From an uncultured Candidatus Saccharibacteria bacterium (GTDB taxonomy: Bacteria > Patescibacteriota > Saccharimonadia > Saccharimonadales > Saccharimonadaceae), in assembly GCA_963523045.1 (NCBI GenBank), contig CAURBE010000003.1:12528-76527 (forward strand): a stretch of 64,000 bases of DNA, in the 5' to 3' direction. The notes below the pieces were generated by a model. It was not told the origin of the DNA. It did not search any database and worked only from the letters and a program-made list of their open reading frames with translations. The number at the start of each line of letters is the position of its first letter. The stretch's first letter is position 1. Below are positions 21,044 through 30,943 of this stretch, one piece after another. The translations under genes were made by a program, and so were the position numbers.

Positions 21044-22204
21044 TTATTTCCATGTGTGATCTAGCTTCGTCACACCGCCCCAGCGACCGTGCTTATAGTC
21101 ACGCTGAACCGAAAAATGAGGACCTTCTTCTATAAAAGCTATGGTATCTATATCCCGTTTTCCAGTTAATCCAGCTTTTATGAAATAATCCCCTTCGTTA
21201 AGATTCAGTTTTACAGTATATTCTGCCTCGTTGATATTCTTAATTCTATATTTATCCTGATATGTATTTGGACCAAATACATATTCGCCATTCTCTCTAA
21301 ATATAGCAACTCCAACATTTTTAACGTCAGGATAATTCCAAGATAATTTTACTGTGATAATTTCATTATAACCAAAAGAGCTAGTTTCATTCCCCTGACT
21401 GTCATACAATCTCACATCAAACGGAGCTAATGATCGATCGAAATTATGCGATTTTGCATGTTCAGCTTCGTTGCTTCTACTATAAGCAGCAGCAACCACA
21501 TGAGGTTTTCCTTGAAGTTTAATTTTACCATCCTCTAATAGCACTGCTTTATTACAGAATCGTTCAACAGCTCCCATGTCGTGGGTAACTAAGATAACAG
21601 TCTTTTTTTCACGCTTTAGTTTATCGAAGTATGCGTAGCATTTTTTTTGAAAAGCTTCATCACCAACTGCCAACACCTCGTCAAGCATTAATATGTCACC
21701 TCTTGCTTTTATCGCAATAGAAAATGCTAGCCGAACTTGCATACCGCTTGAATAATTCTTTAACCGCTCCTCCATAAAGCCGTGCATTTCCGCAAAATCA
21801 ACAATCTCATCATACATCAAATCGACTTCTTTTCGACTAAATCCTAAAAGAGCGCCATTCAAGTATACATTGTCTCTGCCGGATAATTCAGGGTTAAACC
21901 CAACACCCAACTCAATAAATGGAACGAGCTTGCCTCGAGTATGAATATTACCTTCGTTTGGAGTATATATTTCTGCAATCAGCTTTAGTAAAGTACTTTT
22001 ACCAGATCCATTTTTACCAACTATTCCAAAAAAGTCACCTTCTTTAACAGTAAAAGATACGTTTTTTAATGGAGTAAAATCCCGATAACCTTTTTTTCTT
22101 AGTAAGAAGCCCACTATTCTTTGTTTGAGCATTGTTACTGATTCGATCGGGATTCTAAAAGTTTTTGTTACACCGACAACCTCAACTGCATTATTATTCG
22201 CCAT
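21044..22204 (-). CDS. wzt: Polysaccharide ABC exporter ATPase with C-terminal Wzt_C-like domain
   Basis: GKNGSGKST, YSSGMQVRLAF, LDEVLAVGD. Confidence 0.93.
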   Translation of the reverse strand: MANNNAVEVVGVTKTFRIPIESVTMLKQRIVGFLLRKKGYRDFTPLKNVSFTVKEGDFFGIVGKNGSGKSTLLKLIAEIYTPNEGNIHTRGKLVPFIELGVGFNPELSGRDNVYLNGALLGFSRKEVDLMYDEIVDFAEMHGFMEERLKNYSSGMQVRLAFSIAIKARGDILMLDEVLAVGDEAFQKKCYAYFDKLKREKKTVILVTHDMGAVERFCNKAVLLEDGKIKLQGKPHVVAAAYSRSNEAEHAKSHNFDRSLAPFDVRLYDSQGNETSSFGYNEIITVKLSWNYPDVKNVGVAIFRENGEYVFGPNTYQDKYRIKNINEAEYTVKLNLNEGDYFIKAGLTGKRDIDTIAFIEEGPHFSVQRDYKHGRWGGVTKLDHTWK

Positions 22205-23023
22205 CTAAATATCCTCCGCAAAATATCGTGATCTTTTAGAAAAATAATAAGTTCCTAATAATACCGTAATCAATATTATTAGCCATGGTATAATAATCCG
22301 CCAATCATGGATTAGGTCAGTTATTCTTATAATCGAACCATCCTGATTTATTAAAGCATATCGAGCATCTTGAATAATTTGTGTTACTGGATTTATAAAT
22401 AGAAGCTCTGCTGCCGCACGACTACGCTCTAATGCCATTTGTAGCGGATAGATAATTGGTGCAGCATAAAAGGCTGCTTGTAAGAATATTTCCCAAATAT
22501 AGCCCGTATCGCGATACTTAACGTTAAATACAGACAATAATAACGCTATACCAAGCGAGAATACATACAGCTCAGCTACAAGTGGAATGATCAACAATGC
22601 TGACCAAGAAAGGTTTACCCCATTTAATAGTATAAAGACCAAAACCACACCTAAATTAATAAATAAATTAATTAAAGAAGATATCGTTCCCGATATTACA
22701 ATAATATATTTAGGAAAGTTTAATTTTCTAATCAAATCCCCCCTATTAACAATAGATCCTAGCCCGTTACTTGTCGCCTCTGTAAAAAATGACCACAAAA
22801 CTATACCTAACAGCATAGTTACAGGGAAATGTGGTATACCTCTATCTAGTCGCAATATATGTACAAAAACGATATAAAGAATAGCAAATAAAAACAATGG
22901 CTTTAGTACACTCCAAATATAGCCCAAAACTGATCCTTGATATCTTAATTTAAAATCTGTTACGACAAGTTCTCGTAATAATATAAAGTTCTTACGACCT
23001 AAAAAATTTAAAGACCTCCACAT
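22205..23023 (-). CDS. wzm: Polysaccharide ABC exporter permease
   Basis: DFKLRYQGSVLGYIWS, KYRD, PIIYP, NP; adjacent to wzt. Confidence 0.93.
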   Translation of the reverse strand: MWRSLNFLGRKNFILLRELVVTDFKLRYQGSVLGYIWSVLKPLFLFAILYIVFVHILRLDRGIPHFPVTMLLGIVLWSFFTEATSNGLGSIVNRGDLIRKLNFPKYIIVISGTISSLINLFINLGVVLVFILLNGVNLSWSALLIIPLVAELYVFSLGIALLLSVFNVKYRDTGYIWEIFLQAAFYAAPIIYPLQMALERSRAAAELLFINPVTQIIQDARYALINQDGSIIRITDLIHDWRIIIPWLIILITVLLGTYYFSKRSRYFAEDI

Positions 23024-23054
23024 GACTATTCTAGTATATAATAGTTAATGTATT

Positions 23055-24068
23055 ATGAATAGACTTGCAATTATTGTTCTAAATTGGAATGGGTCTGATG
23101 ACGCCATAGAATGTGTTAAATCATTAGCTAAGCAAACTTTAAAGCCTACTATTATCATCGTGGATAATAATAGTAGCGACAATTCTGTTTCTGTATTTGA
23201 GAAATATATTTCAATACATAAAAGAGAAGAAATTACTTTAATTAAAAACCCACGAAACCTAGGGTTTGCTGGCGGAATTAACACCGGATTGGTTTATGCG
23301 CGTAAACAAGGATTTGAGTATATTGGTGTACTTAATCCTGATGCTATTGCTGACAAAAAATGGTGTCAAGCACTCGTCGATGAACTGTCAAGCCAGCCAA
23401 AATGCGGTATTGCAACTGGTATTTTACAGCGGCGCAACGGCAAGACGCTTGATACAACTGGCGACTTCTATACTACCTGGGGCTTGCCTGGCCCACGAAA
23501 CCGCGACGAGCCTATTGAAAATGCGCCGGACAAGCCTGGCGAAGTTTTTGGTGCGACTGGCGGCGGAGCGATTTATCGCGCGGCAATGTTTAACGATATC
23601 GATATGTTCGACGAGGATTTTTTCATGTATTACGAAGATGTTGACCTGAGTTTTCGCGCCCAGTTAGCCGGCTGGCAAGTCCGCTTTACACCCAAAGCCA
23701 TCGCCTATCACAAGGTTGGCGCCAGCAGCAAAAAAGTGCCTGGCTTGGCCGTTTACAACACTTTCAAAAACCTGCCGTTAGTTTTCATTAAAAACGTTCC
23801 AGGGAAGTTGTTTTGGTATATTGGCCTGCGTTTTTTCCTGACATATTGGCTAATTTTCGCCAGCGCCGTCCGCCACGGCAACGGCTGGCCAGCTTTCAAG
23901 GGTATATTAGCCTCAATAATTCGTAAACCTGCTGCTTACCATAAACGTTGGTCTATTCAAAAAAACCGCAAAGCTTCCATCGACTACATCCGCAGTATCA
24001 TCCACGAAGGGCCGTTACCCAATCAAACTGGACTGCTGAAATTTAAGCGTTTTTTCAGGATAAAATAA
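23055..24068 (+). CDS. GT2 glycosyltransferase (rhamnosyltransferase-like)
   Basis: IVLNWNG, NLGFAGG, LNPDA, FDEDFFMYYEDVDL. Confidence 0.88.
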   Translation: MNRLAIIVLNWNGSDDAIECVKSLAKQTLKPTIIIVDNNSSDNSVSVFEKYISIHKREEITLIKNPRNLGFAGGINTGLVYARKQGFEYIGVLNPDAIADKKWCQALVDELSSQPKCGIATGILQRRNGKTLDTTGDFYTTWGLPGPRNRDEPIENAPDKPGEVFGATGGGAIYRAAMFNDIDMFDEDFFMYYEDVDLSFRAQLAGWQVRFTPKAIAYHKVGASSKKVPGLAVYNTFKNLPLVFIKNVPGKLFWYIGLRFFLTYWLIFASAVRHGNGWPAFKGILASIIRKPAAYHKRWSIQKNRKASIDYIRSIIHEGPLPNQTGLLKFKRFFRIK

Positions 24069-24081
24069 TACACTCAAAATC

Positions 24082-25032
24082 ATGAAATCAATCACCCTCC
24101 TCATCCCTGTCTATAACGAAAAATCTGTTCTCCCGCAGCTTTTTAGCAGACTGGACGAGCTGGCAAAATCTACTCCCAATTACCAATTTGAATTTCTATT
24201 CATCAATGATGGCAGCGTCGATGAATCTTTATCTATTATTACCAAACATGCTCAGCAAGATACGCGCATCAGCTATATCAATCTGTCGCGCAACTTCGGT
24301 AAAGAAATAGCGATGCTTGCCGGAATTGACCACGCCGAAGGCGATGCTGCCGTGATTATTGACGCCGATTTGCAAGATCCGCCAGAGTTAATAAAAGAGA
24401 TGATTGCCTATTGGGAAGACGGTTATGATGATGTTTATGCTCGCCGCAGCAGCCGGCAGGGTGAAACTTGGCTAAAGAAAAAAACTAGCCAGTGGTATTA
24501 CAGAATTCTCCAAAAATCGACTAGTATTCCTATTCAGGTTGATACCGGCGATTTTCGCCTGCTAGACCGGCGATGTATTGAGGCGCTGCGGCAATTTCGC
24601 GAATCTCAGCGCAATACTAAAGCGATTTTCAGCTGGATCGGCTATAAGAAAAAGGAGATTTTTTACGATCGCGACCCCAGACTGGCTGGCCAAACTAAAT
24701 GGAATTATCGCAAATTAATCAACCTAGCCATCGACGGTATCACTAGTTTTACCACCGCGCCACTGCGAATGGCTACCATCTTTGGATTTATCATTTCCTT
24801 CGTCGCTTTCTGCTGGATTATCTATCTTTTAGTTCGCCCTTTGTTCGGAGTTCCGACTGGCGCCGGCTACTCTTCCTTAATGGCAGTCATTCTGTTCTTA
24901 GGCGGTGTTCAGCTATTATCATTAGGAATAATTGGCGAATACGTCGGCCGGATATTTATTGAGACTAAAAATCGACCGTTATATTTAATTGAGGAATATC
25001 ATGCAGGAAATCGCAAAAAAACACGCCGATAA
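24082..25032 (+). CDS. GtrB-like bactoprenol glycosyltransferase
   Basis: LSRNFGKE, IDADLQDPP, GDFRLLDR, two C-terminal TMs, GIIGEYVGRI. Confidence 0.92.
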   Translation: MKSITLLIPVYNEKSVLPQLFSRLDELAKSTPNYQFEFLFINDGSVDESLSIITKHAQQDTRISYINLSRNFGKEIAMLAGIDHAEGDAAVIIDADLQDPPELIKEMIAYWEDGYDDVYARRSSRQGETWLKKKTSQWYYRILQKSTSIPIQVDTGDFRLLDRRCIEALRQFRESQRNTKAIFSWIGYKKKEIFYDRDPRLAGQTKWNYRKLINLAIDGITSFTTAPLRMATIFGFIISFVAFCWIIYLLVRPLFGVPTGAGYSSLMAVILFLGGVQLLSLGIIGEYVGRIFIETKNRPLYLIEEYHAGNRKKTRR

Positions 25033-25441
25033 GCTACGTTTTGCTATTGTCGGCAGTATTAATACGGCGCTTGATTTCAGCATCCTTTTTATCTTAACGA
25101 TGCTTTTTAATGTCCCGAAAGAATTAGCCAATTTTATATCAACATCTGTTTCTTTTTTGTTCTCATTCTTTGCTAATAAAAAATATACTTTCAAATCAAC
25201 ATCTAAAAACTTAAAAAGACAGTTTCTATTATTTACTATCGTCACGCTATTTGGTTTATGGGTCATTCAAACGATTATTATTGCTGCCACCACGCCAGTA
25301 TTCACAAATCTTGGCATAAATAAACCTAAACCGGCGGCCTTACTTATTAGCAAGTTAATCGCCACCGCCGCCAGCCTTATTTGGAATTACACCCTCTATT
25401 CCAGAGTAGTTTTCAAAAAACCTAAGAACTCTTCTGACTAA
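25001..25441 (+). CDS. GtrA family flippase-like protein
   Basis: RFAIVGSINTALD, NKKYTF, WNY; downstream of gtrB; GAGG RBS before ATG 25001. Confidence 0.9.
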   Translation: MQEIAKKHADKLRFAIVGSINTALDFSILFILTMLFNVPKELANFISTSVSFLFSFFANKKYTFKSTSKNLKRQFLLFTIVTLFGLWVIQTIIIAATTPVFTNLGINKPKPAALLISKLIATAASLIWNYTLYSRVVFKKPKNSSD

Positions 25442-25883
25442 TAATCAGCTGGCGGTCTCGACCTTCGCCCTCAGAGTGCGTCTCAATATCGCTATACTCA
25501 CTTGCCAGATGATGCACCGTCCAGCGGTCAGCCGCGTTCAAATTAACAATCTTTGACTCGCCAGTCCGGCGAACTTCTTCAATCCAACCGCGCGCCTTCT
25601 CAATAATTTTCTCAGCATGCTGTTTTTTATAATCAGCGATATCCAAATTCACCCGAACAGCCGATGCTTTTTTATGATGAAGTGCTGTCGATAAAAGTGT
25701 TTGGATACTCCTCAATGTTTCCGCACCCCTGCCAATCAAGATACTACTCCGCTCACTGTGTGGAATTGAAGCTATAACAATTCCATCCTCAATTTTTACC
25801 TCAACTTCCAAATTTAAATCAAAGAATGTCAGTAAATCCTCCAGATACTTTTTCGCAAACTCAACTGTTTCAATTTGGTCCAT
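25422..25883 (-). CDS. jag: Jag/KhpB RNA-binding protein (KH + R3H), short form
   Basis: LIGRGAETL, RWTVH, SEGEGRDR; position after yidC. Confidence 0.88.
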   Translation of the reverse strand: MDQIETVEFAKKYLEDLLTFFDLNLEVEVKIEDGIVIASIPHSERSSILIGRGAETLRSIQTLLSTALHHKKASAVRVNLDIADYKKQHAEKIIEKARGWIEEVRRTGESKIVNLNAADRWTVHHLASEYSDIETHSEGEGRDRQLIISQKSS

Positions 25884-25892
25884 AATTCCTCC

Positions 25893-26816
25893 TTAACCCT
25901 TAGCCTTGATCCGCGTTATCCGAGCCTCTGTTGCCTGCTTAGCGCGCTTATTTGTCTTCACTGACGCTGCTGATTTTCGAGTAGTTGTCTTTTCATTAGC
26001 AATCGCCTGCATCTCCAAAGAATCCTGTCTAAGAATAATATAATTCTGAAGGTACCCTACTGCACTAGCTGTTGCCAGGTAGAGAGCCAGTGCTGCCGGC
26101 AAGTACACAATCACGAAAAACATCATCACTGGCATAAACTTCATCATTTTTCGCGTCATTATGGCATTTACCTCTGACTGATCAGCTTCTTTACCGTCAC
26201 CGGCCTCAGCTAAGACATCACGTAATTTACGTGTGTTATCAGATTGCGGAGATAGCTGCTTCGAGGTTAGGTATTGTAAATAAGCTGCAACTCCCGCTAA
26301 GACTAATAGACCGATAATCACACCATTTTTAGAGATAGCGTGCTGTGTTAGATCAATAATCCCTAAGAAGTTCTGGTTAAATTGATTGGGATTATTAACT
26401 AGGTTATTTGCTACTGGTAGGTTTTTTACAAAATCATAAACATATTTTCCCAGGTCTGAACGATTAGAAACAAAAATCTGCACCACTCGGTACATTGCAA
26501 TTAAAATCGGCAGCTGAATAATCATAATACCCAATGAGCCAAACATACTTACGTTGTGTTTTTTATAAAGCTCCATCATCGCCAGGTTGCGCATTTGCGG
26601 ATTTTTAGCGTATTGCTTCTTAATCTTTGCCAATTCCGGCTGCATTTTTCGCATTGCTTTGGCTTGATGAAGTTGCTTCTTAATCAGCGGCCATAGCAGT
26701 AGTCGTACTAAAATTGTAAAAATAATAATACTAACACCAAAATCCGGAATTAAGCTATAAATAGCCATCAATAGATTGAAAATTGGCCGAACGATAAACT
26801 CATCAAAAAAACTCAT
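25893..26816 (-). CDS. yidC: Membrane protein insertase
   Basis: FTILVRLLLWP, QPEL..IKK, IQLPIL, PAALALY; synteny with rnpA. Confidence 0.95.
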   Translation of the reverse strand: MSFFDEFIVRPIFNLLMAIYSLIPDFGVSIIIFTILVRLLLWPLIKKQLHQAKAMRKMQPELAKIKKQYAKNPQMRNLAMMELYKKHNVSMFGSLGIMIIQLPILIAMYRVVQIFVSNRSDLGKYVYDFVKNLPVANNLVNNPNQFNQNFLGIIDLTQHAISKNGVIIGLLVLAGVAAYLQYLTSKQLSPQSDNTRKLRDVLAEAGDGKEADQSEVNAIMTRKMMKFMPVMMFFVIVYLPAALALYLATASAVGYLQNYIILRQDSLEMQAIANEKTTTRKSAASVKTNKRAKQATEARITRIKAKG

Positions 26817-26840
26817 GACCTAATTATAGCAAAAATACCA

Positions 26841-27188
26841 CTATTTATACAGTTGAGCCTGAGAGAAAAGACCTTTTATCGCCTGTTTTAATTCTTTATG
26901 TGGCATTAATAGTACCTCTGGCGAAAAAATGACAACAACAACATCTTGATCGTCTTTTAAAAATGCTAGTTCCAGGCGAATAATTTCATATATCCGTCGA
27001 CGTATTCTATTCCGCCTGACAGCTGATTTTAATACTTTTTTACTAACAACCACCGCAAACCGGCTGTGATGGCGATATGGATTATTAATATATTTCACCG
27101 TCGCCAAAGATGAGCGCACTGCTTGTCCATTTTTATACACGAACTTTAAGCTGCCGTGTCCGTGAAACCGATTACACTGTTGTAACAT
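26841..27188 (-). CDS. rnpA: Ribonuclease P protein component
   Basis: VSKKVLKSAVRRNRIRRR (RNR motif). Confidence 0.95.
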   Translation of the reverse strand: MLQQCNRFHGHGSLKFVYKNGQAVRSSLATVKYINNPYRHHSRFAVVVSKKVLKSAVRRNRIRRRIYEIIRLELAFLKDDQDVVVVIFSPEVLLMPHKELKQAIKGLFSQAQLYK

Positions 27189-27204
27189 ATTTTACAATTA
27201 TATC

Positions 27205-27230
27205 AAAAAATCCCGCCTTCATCGACGGGA
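27205..27230 (-). terminator. Probable intrinsic terminator after rpmH
   Basis: Minus strand tcccgtc-gatgaa-ggcggga followed by T6. Confidence 0.6.
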
Positions 27231-27246
27231 GCTTTTGTTTGCTAGA

Positions 27247-27384
27247 TCAGATAGCAATTTTTGCGCGACCCTTCAAGCGGCGGCGCTTCAAAACCATCCG
27301 ACCAGCCTTTGTAGAAACTCGCGCCCTAAAACCGTGCGTTTTTGCACGATGCCGGGTGTGTGGTTGAAATGTTCGCTTTGGCAT
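27247..27384 (-). CDS. rpmH: 50S ribosomal protein L34 (not in the ORF track)
   Basis: Manual translation [45 protein letters not shown]; between rnpA and dnaA. Confidence 0.97.
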   Translation of the reverse strand: MPKRTFQPHTRHRAKTHGFRARVSTKAGRMVLKRRRLKGRAKIAI

Positions 27385-27435
27385 ATCAGTGCTTAGTATA
27401 TATTTTTTTAGCGTTTTTTGCAAGTCGCGTGATAC

Positions 27436-27552
27436 TTTTCCACTATCACCCCTTCTTTTTCCACAAGTTTAACAGATACATTTTTTACCTGTGGAAAACT
27501 CCACCTCTGTTTTTACCTGTAGTATTGTAGTCAGTGCACTACTTGTGGAAAA
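27436..27552. promoter_or_regulatory. DnaA-box cluster upstream of dnaA
   Basis: TTTTCCACA 27457-27465; TGTGGAAAA 27490-27498 and 27544-27552; TTTTCCACT 27436-27444. Confidence 0.8.
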
Positions 27553-27608
27553 CTCTATGTATTTGCTATAGTAAAGATAGTTAATAGAATTTGAGGGAGT
27601 AAGCTTTC

Positions 27609-28964
27609 GTGGATAGTCATGCAGTCTGGCAGGGTGTGTTGGGTGAGATTGAAGTAACTGTATCGTCATCATCTTTTACAGCATGGTTCAAGAATACAAA
27701 GCTAGAGATAATCTCCGATAAAGAAGTTCTGATTGTTGCTCCAAATATTTTTGCTCGCACCCAACTTGAAAAACGCTTTCATCCGCAAATCCTTGAGGCT
27801 TTATCTCATAATGGCATAAATGCTCCATCAATATCTTATAACGTTGAGTCTAGCAATAAGAAACCGCGCGTTAATCGAGAAATCACTAAAGCCGAACGTC
27901 AAACGTCATCAGCGGCGCTAATCTTGCCATCAAAAAAATCGCACTCCAACAATCTTAATCCCCGCTACACATTTGACAGCTTTATTGTTGGCTCCAGCAA
28001 CGATCTGGCATATGCCGCTTGTCAGGCTGTCGCTTCAAACCCTGGTAGCAAATATAACCCACTATATTTATACGGAGGTTCTGGACTTGGTAAAACTCAC
28101 TTAATGCAAGCTGTTGGTAATGAAATAATTAAAAAACAACCGTCAGCCCGTGTTCTTTATATCACCACAGAGACGTTTGTTAATGAATTTCTTGATTCCA
28201 TTCGCTTTAAGAAAAAAGGTTTTTCGGATAAGTATCGTAATGTTGATGTACTAATCGTTGATGATATGCAATTTATTGCTGGTAAAGAAAAAACCCAAGA
28301 CGAGTTTTTCCATACATTTAACGACCTTCACCAGAATAATAAACAAATAATCATCAGTTCCGATAAACCGCCAAAAAGTATTCCAACATTGACCGATCGT
28401 TTGCGTAGCCGATTCGAGTGGGGTATGGCGATTGATATTCAAATGCCAGATTATGAAACTCGTTGTGCAATCGTAAAAGCGAAAGCAGCTCTCAGTAACG
28501 CTGAGTTGGATTCTGATGTTGTAGAATATTTAGCGACCAACTTTAAAACAAACATTCGCGAATTAGAGGGCGCATTAAACCGACTCTTAGCCTACGCAGA
28601 AATGCAAAACTTCACGCCAGACTTAATGGCAGCCGAGGGTATCTTAGGTGACATTAAACGTAGTCGTCCGCAACATGTTACCGCTAAGCAGATTATCGAT
28701 AAAACTGCCCGCTATTATAATATAGACGTAAAAGATATGTGTTCATCCAGGCGCGACAAATTTATTGCTACGCCTAGACAAATTGCCATGTTCTTACTGC
28801 GCAGTGAGCTAAAGATGAGTTTTCCAAAAATTGCCCAAGAACTCGGACGAAAAGATCACACCACCGCCATGCACTCAATTGAAAAGATTACCAAAGAGAG
28901 CCTCACTAACGTCAGTATTCGCGAACAAATTAATGACATTAAGGATAAAATATATGTTCATTAA
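27609..28964 (+). CDS. dnaA: Chromosomal replication initiator DnaA
   Basis: GGSGLGKTHL, LIVDDMQF, RLRSRF, RELEGAL, RKDHTT; GTG start. Confidence 0.98.
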   Translation: MDSHAVWQGVLGEIEVTVSSSSFTAWFKNTKLEIISDKEVLIVAPNIFARTQLEKRFHPQILEALSHNGINAPSISYNVESSNKKPRVNREITKAERQTSSAALILPSKKSHSNNLNPRYTFDSFIVGSSNDLAYAACQAVASNPGSKYNPLYLYGGSGLGKTHLMQAVGNEIIKKQPSARVLYITTETFVNEFLDSIRFKKKGFSDKYRNVDVLIVDDMQFIAGKEKTQDEFFHTFNDLHQNNKQIIISSDKPPKSIPTLTDRLRSRFEWGMAIDIQMPDYETRCAIVKAKAALSNAELDSDVVEYLATNFKTNIRELEGALNRLLAYAEMQNFTPDLMAAEGILGDIKRSRPQHVTAKQIIDKTARYYNIDVKDMCSSRRDKFIATPRQIAMFLLRSELKMSFPKIAQELGRKDHTTAMHSIEKITKESLTNVSIREQINDIKDKIYVH

Positions 28965-29209
28965 TTGTGGAAAAGCTGTGCAAACTCTGTGCTTTGGCAG
29001 TGAATTAGCAACATACGAATCTGTGGAGAAAAAATCCATCATCACCAGTCAGTGGAATAACAATCAATTGTCCACCACAGAAAACACAGCCAATACACAG
29101 GGTTTTCCACTTTCCTTTTCCATATTCCACCCCTGTTTGAATACATTTTTTACCCAGTTTCCACAACGCCTACTATTACTAACACTAATTAAAAATTAAG
29201 GAAAGTATA
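28965..29209. other. Replication origin oriC (dnaA-dnaN intergenic) with DnaA boxes and DnaA-trio/DUE
   Basis: TGTGGAAAA 28966, TGTGGAGAA 29022, TTTTCCACT 29103, GTTTCCACA 29157, then GCC-TACTATTACTAACACTA and an AT-rich run; + strand looks C-rich to the left and G-rich to the right. Confidence 0.88.
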
Positions 29210-30307
29210 ATGAAAGTATCAGTCACCCAGGAAAAACTTGCTAAAGCACTCAATCTAATCAAGGACGTTGCATCAAGTAGAAATGAGCTGCCAATATTGA
29301 ATAATATTTTGCTACGTACTGATGGCGGACGCCTATTGGTTGCCGGAACAAACTTAGAGATTGCCTCTACTCAATATATTGGTGCTAAGATTGAAAAACC
29401 TGGCTCTATCACTATTCCTGCTCGCTTGGTTTCGGAATTTGTAACAAACCTACCGAGTGGAACGGTGGAACTTGAGGCTAAAGATGACCACCTTCATATT
29501 ACTTCTGGCAAATTTTCATCAGTCATAAATGGCGTGGTGGCAGATGAATATCCAGAGTTGCCAACAATTGACGAAACAACAGCGATACAATATGAAATTG
29601 ATGTTGAAGATTTGAAAAAAGCTATCGTTCAGACGAAAATTGCAGTTAGTTCTGATATGACGCGGGCAGTTTTGACTGGCATATATTGGCACAATTACGA
29701 AGGTTCGCTGTATTTGGCGGCTACGGATGGCTATCGATTAGCGGAAAAACGCTTAGCAAAGTCAGACAGTGAGGTGTCAGCAATTATTCCTGCCTCAACT
29801 CTATCTGAGGTCAGTAAAAGTGTTGGCGAAGAAAAACAAATCACTATTTTGTTTGATGATTCCCAGGTTTGTTTCCGGACTGGTGATATGGAAATTGTTA
29901 GTCGCTTAATTGATGGAAAATTTCCTGATTATCGTCAATTGATTCCGTCAAACTCAGAGACAGAAATTATTATTAAAAAAGCTGACTTTAGTCGTGTAAC
30001 AAAAATTGCCGCGTTGTTCGCGCGTGAATCTGGCGGTGGAATTACGGTGACCGCGTCAAAGGAGAATTCCCTACTCTCTATCCACTCAATTGCGTCTGAG
30101 TTGGGCGAGAACACTTCAGAAGCGTCAGCGGAAATATCCGCCGATGGCCAAGTGACGCTTAATTCGCGCTACCTAACGGAGGTGTTGAATATTGTTGATG
30201 CTGATGAAATTACATTCTCGTTTAACGGTAAGCTTTCTCCGTGTGTTATCCGAGAGCAAGTAAAAAACCCTGACTACACACACATTATTATGCCGCTTAA
30301 GAGTTAG
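29210..30307 (+). CDS. dnaN: DNA polymerase III beta clamp
   Basis: PILNNILL, ATDGYRLAE, SRLIDGKFPDY, IMPL. Confidence 0.97.
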   Translation: MKVSVTQEKLAKALNLIKDVASSRNELPILNNILLRTDGGRLLVAGTNLEIASTQYIGAKIEKPGSITIPARLVSEFVTNLPSGTVELEAKDDHLHITSGKFSSVINGVVADEYPELPTIDETTAIQYEIDVEDLKKAIVQTKIAVSSDMTRAVLTGIYWHNYEGSLYLAATDGYRLAEKRLAKSDSEVSAIIPASTLSEVSKSVGEEKQITILFDDSQVCFRTGDMEIVSRLIDGKFPDYRQLIPSNSETEIIIKKADFSRVTKIAALFARESGGGITVTASKENSLLSIHSIASELGENTSEASAEISADGQVTLNSRYLTEVLNIVDADEITFSFNGKLSPCVIREQVKNPDYTHIIMPLKS

Positions 30308-30941
30308 TTGAGAACGGCGATAATCTAGAGGCAGCTTCCGATAAAATCTCCTCGGGGATGTCTTTAGTATTGTAAGTAGTGTTAATAATTTGCGGGCGAG
30401 TTTTAACGACCCACTGGTTATTCTCTTTTTTCATGATAACTGTGTAAACATCACCAGAGTTCCTGTTGACCGCTGCTCGCTGATAAGTGGCTGCATACCA
30501 ATTGATATCTTTACCCAGGAGAATTTCTCTTTGTAGTATGAAACTAGTCTGCAGATTTGGATATTTACTAAACAGCGCACGTAGAATGCTATCTCTATAC
30601 TCTGTCATTTTTTGTGTAATAAATTTCTGGCTGTACTCGGTTTTTATTGGTATTTCCCTACCTTTTCCTTCGACAGTAAATTCAACAGAACTTTCCTTGA
30701 TTGTATTTGATTTTGATGAGGTTTTAATCATATATTGTCCATCTTGGAGCTGAATCTTAGAGTCGCCGCTTAATGTAGTTACTTCAGATGGGTTTTTATT
30801 AACAATACGATACAGCTTTGCGGATAAGTTTGGTTTATCGAAAGTGATTGATACGGTATATGTCGGCCGCATAAAAAGCAGAGCTAAGATTGTTAACAAG
30901 ATAATTGTGGCGCCGACAATGATAATATTTCTTCGATTCAT
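30297..30941 (-). CDS. Membrane-anchored hypothetical protein (T4SS cluster)
   Basis: Single N-terminal TM; tightly packed at end of operon. Confidence 0.75.
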   Translation of the reverse strand: MNRRNIIIVGATIILLTILALLFMRPTYTVSITFDKPNLSAKLYRIVNKNPSEVTTLSGDSKIQLQDGQYMIKTSSKSNTIKESSVEFTVEGKGREIPIKTEYSQKFITQKMTEYRDSILRALFSKYPNLQTSFILQREILLGKDINWYAATYQRAAVNRNSGDVYTVIMKKENNQWVVKTRPQIINTTYNTKDIPEEILSEAASRLSPFSTNS

Positions 30942-30943
30942 AT

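Noticed and set aside
27110..27672. ORFs 27110-27367, 27342-27530 and 27469-27672
   Set aside because: They overlap rnpA, rpmH and the DnaA-box region; rpmH on the minus strand explains the coding signal
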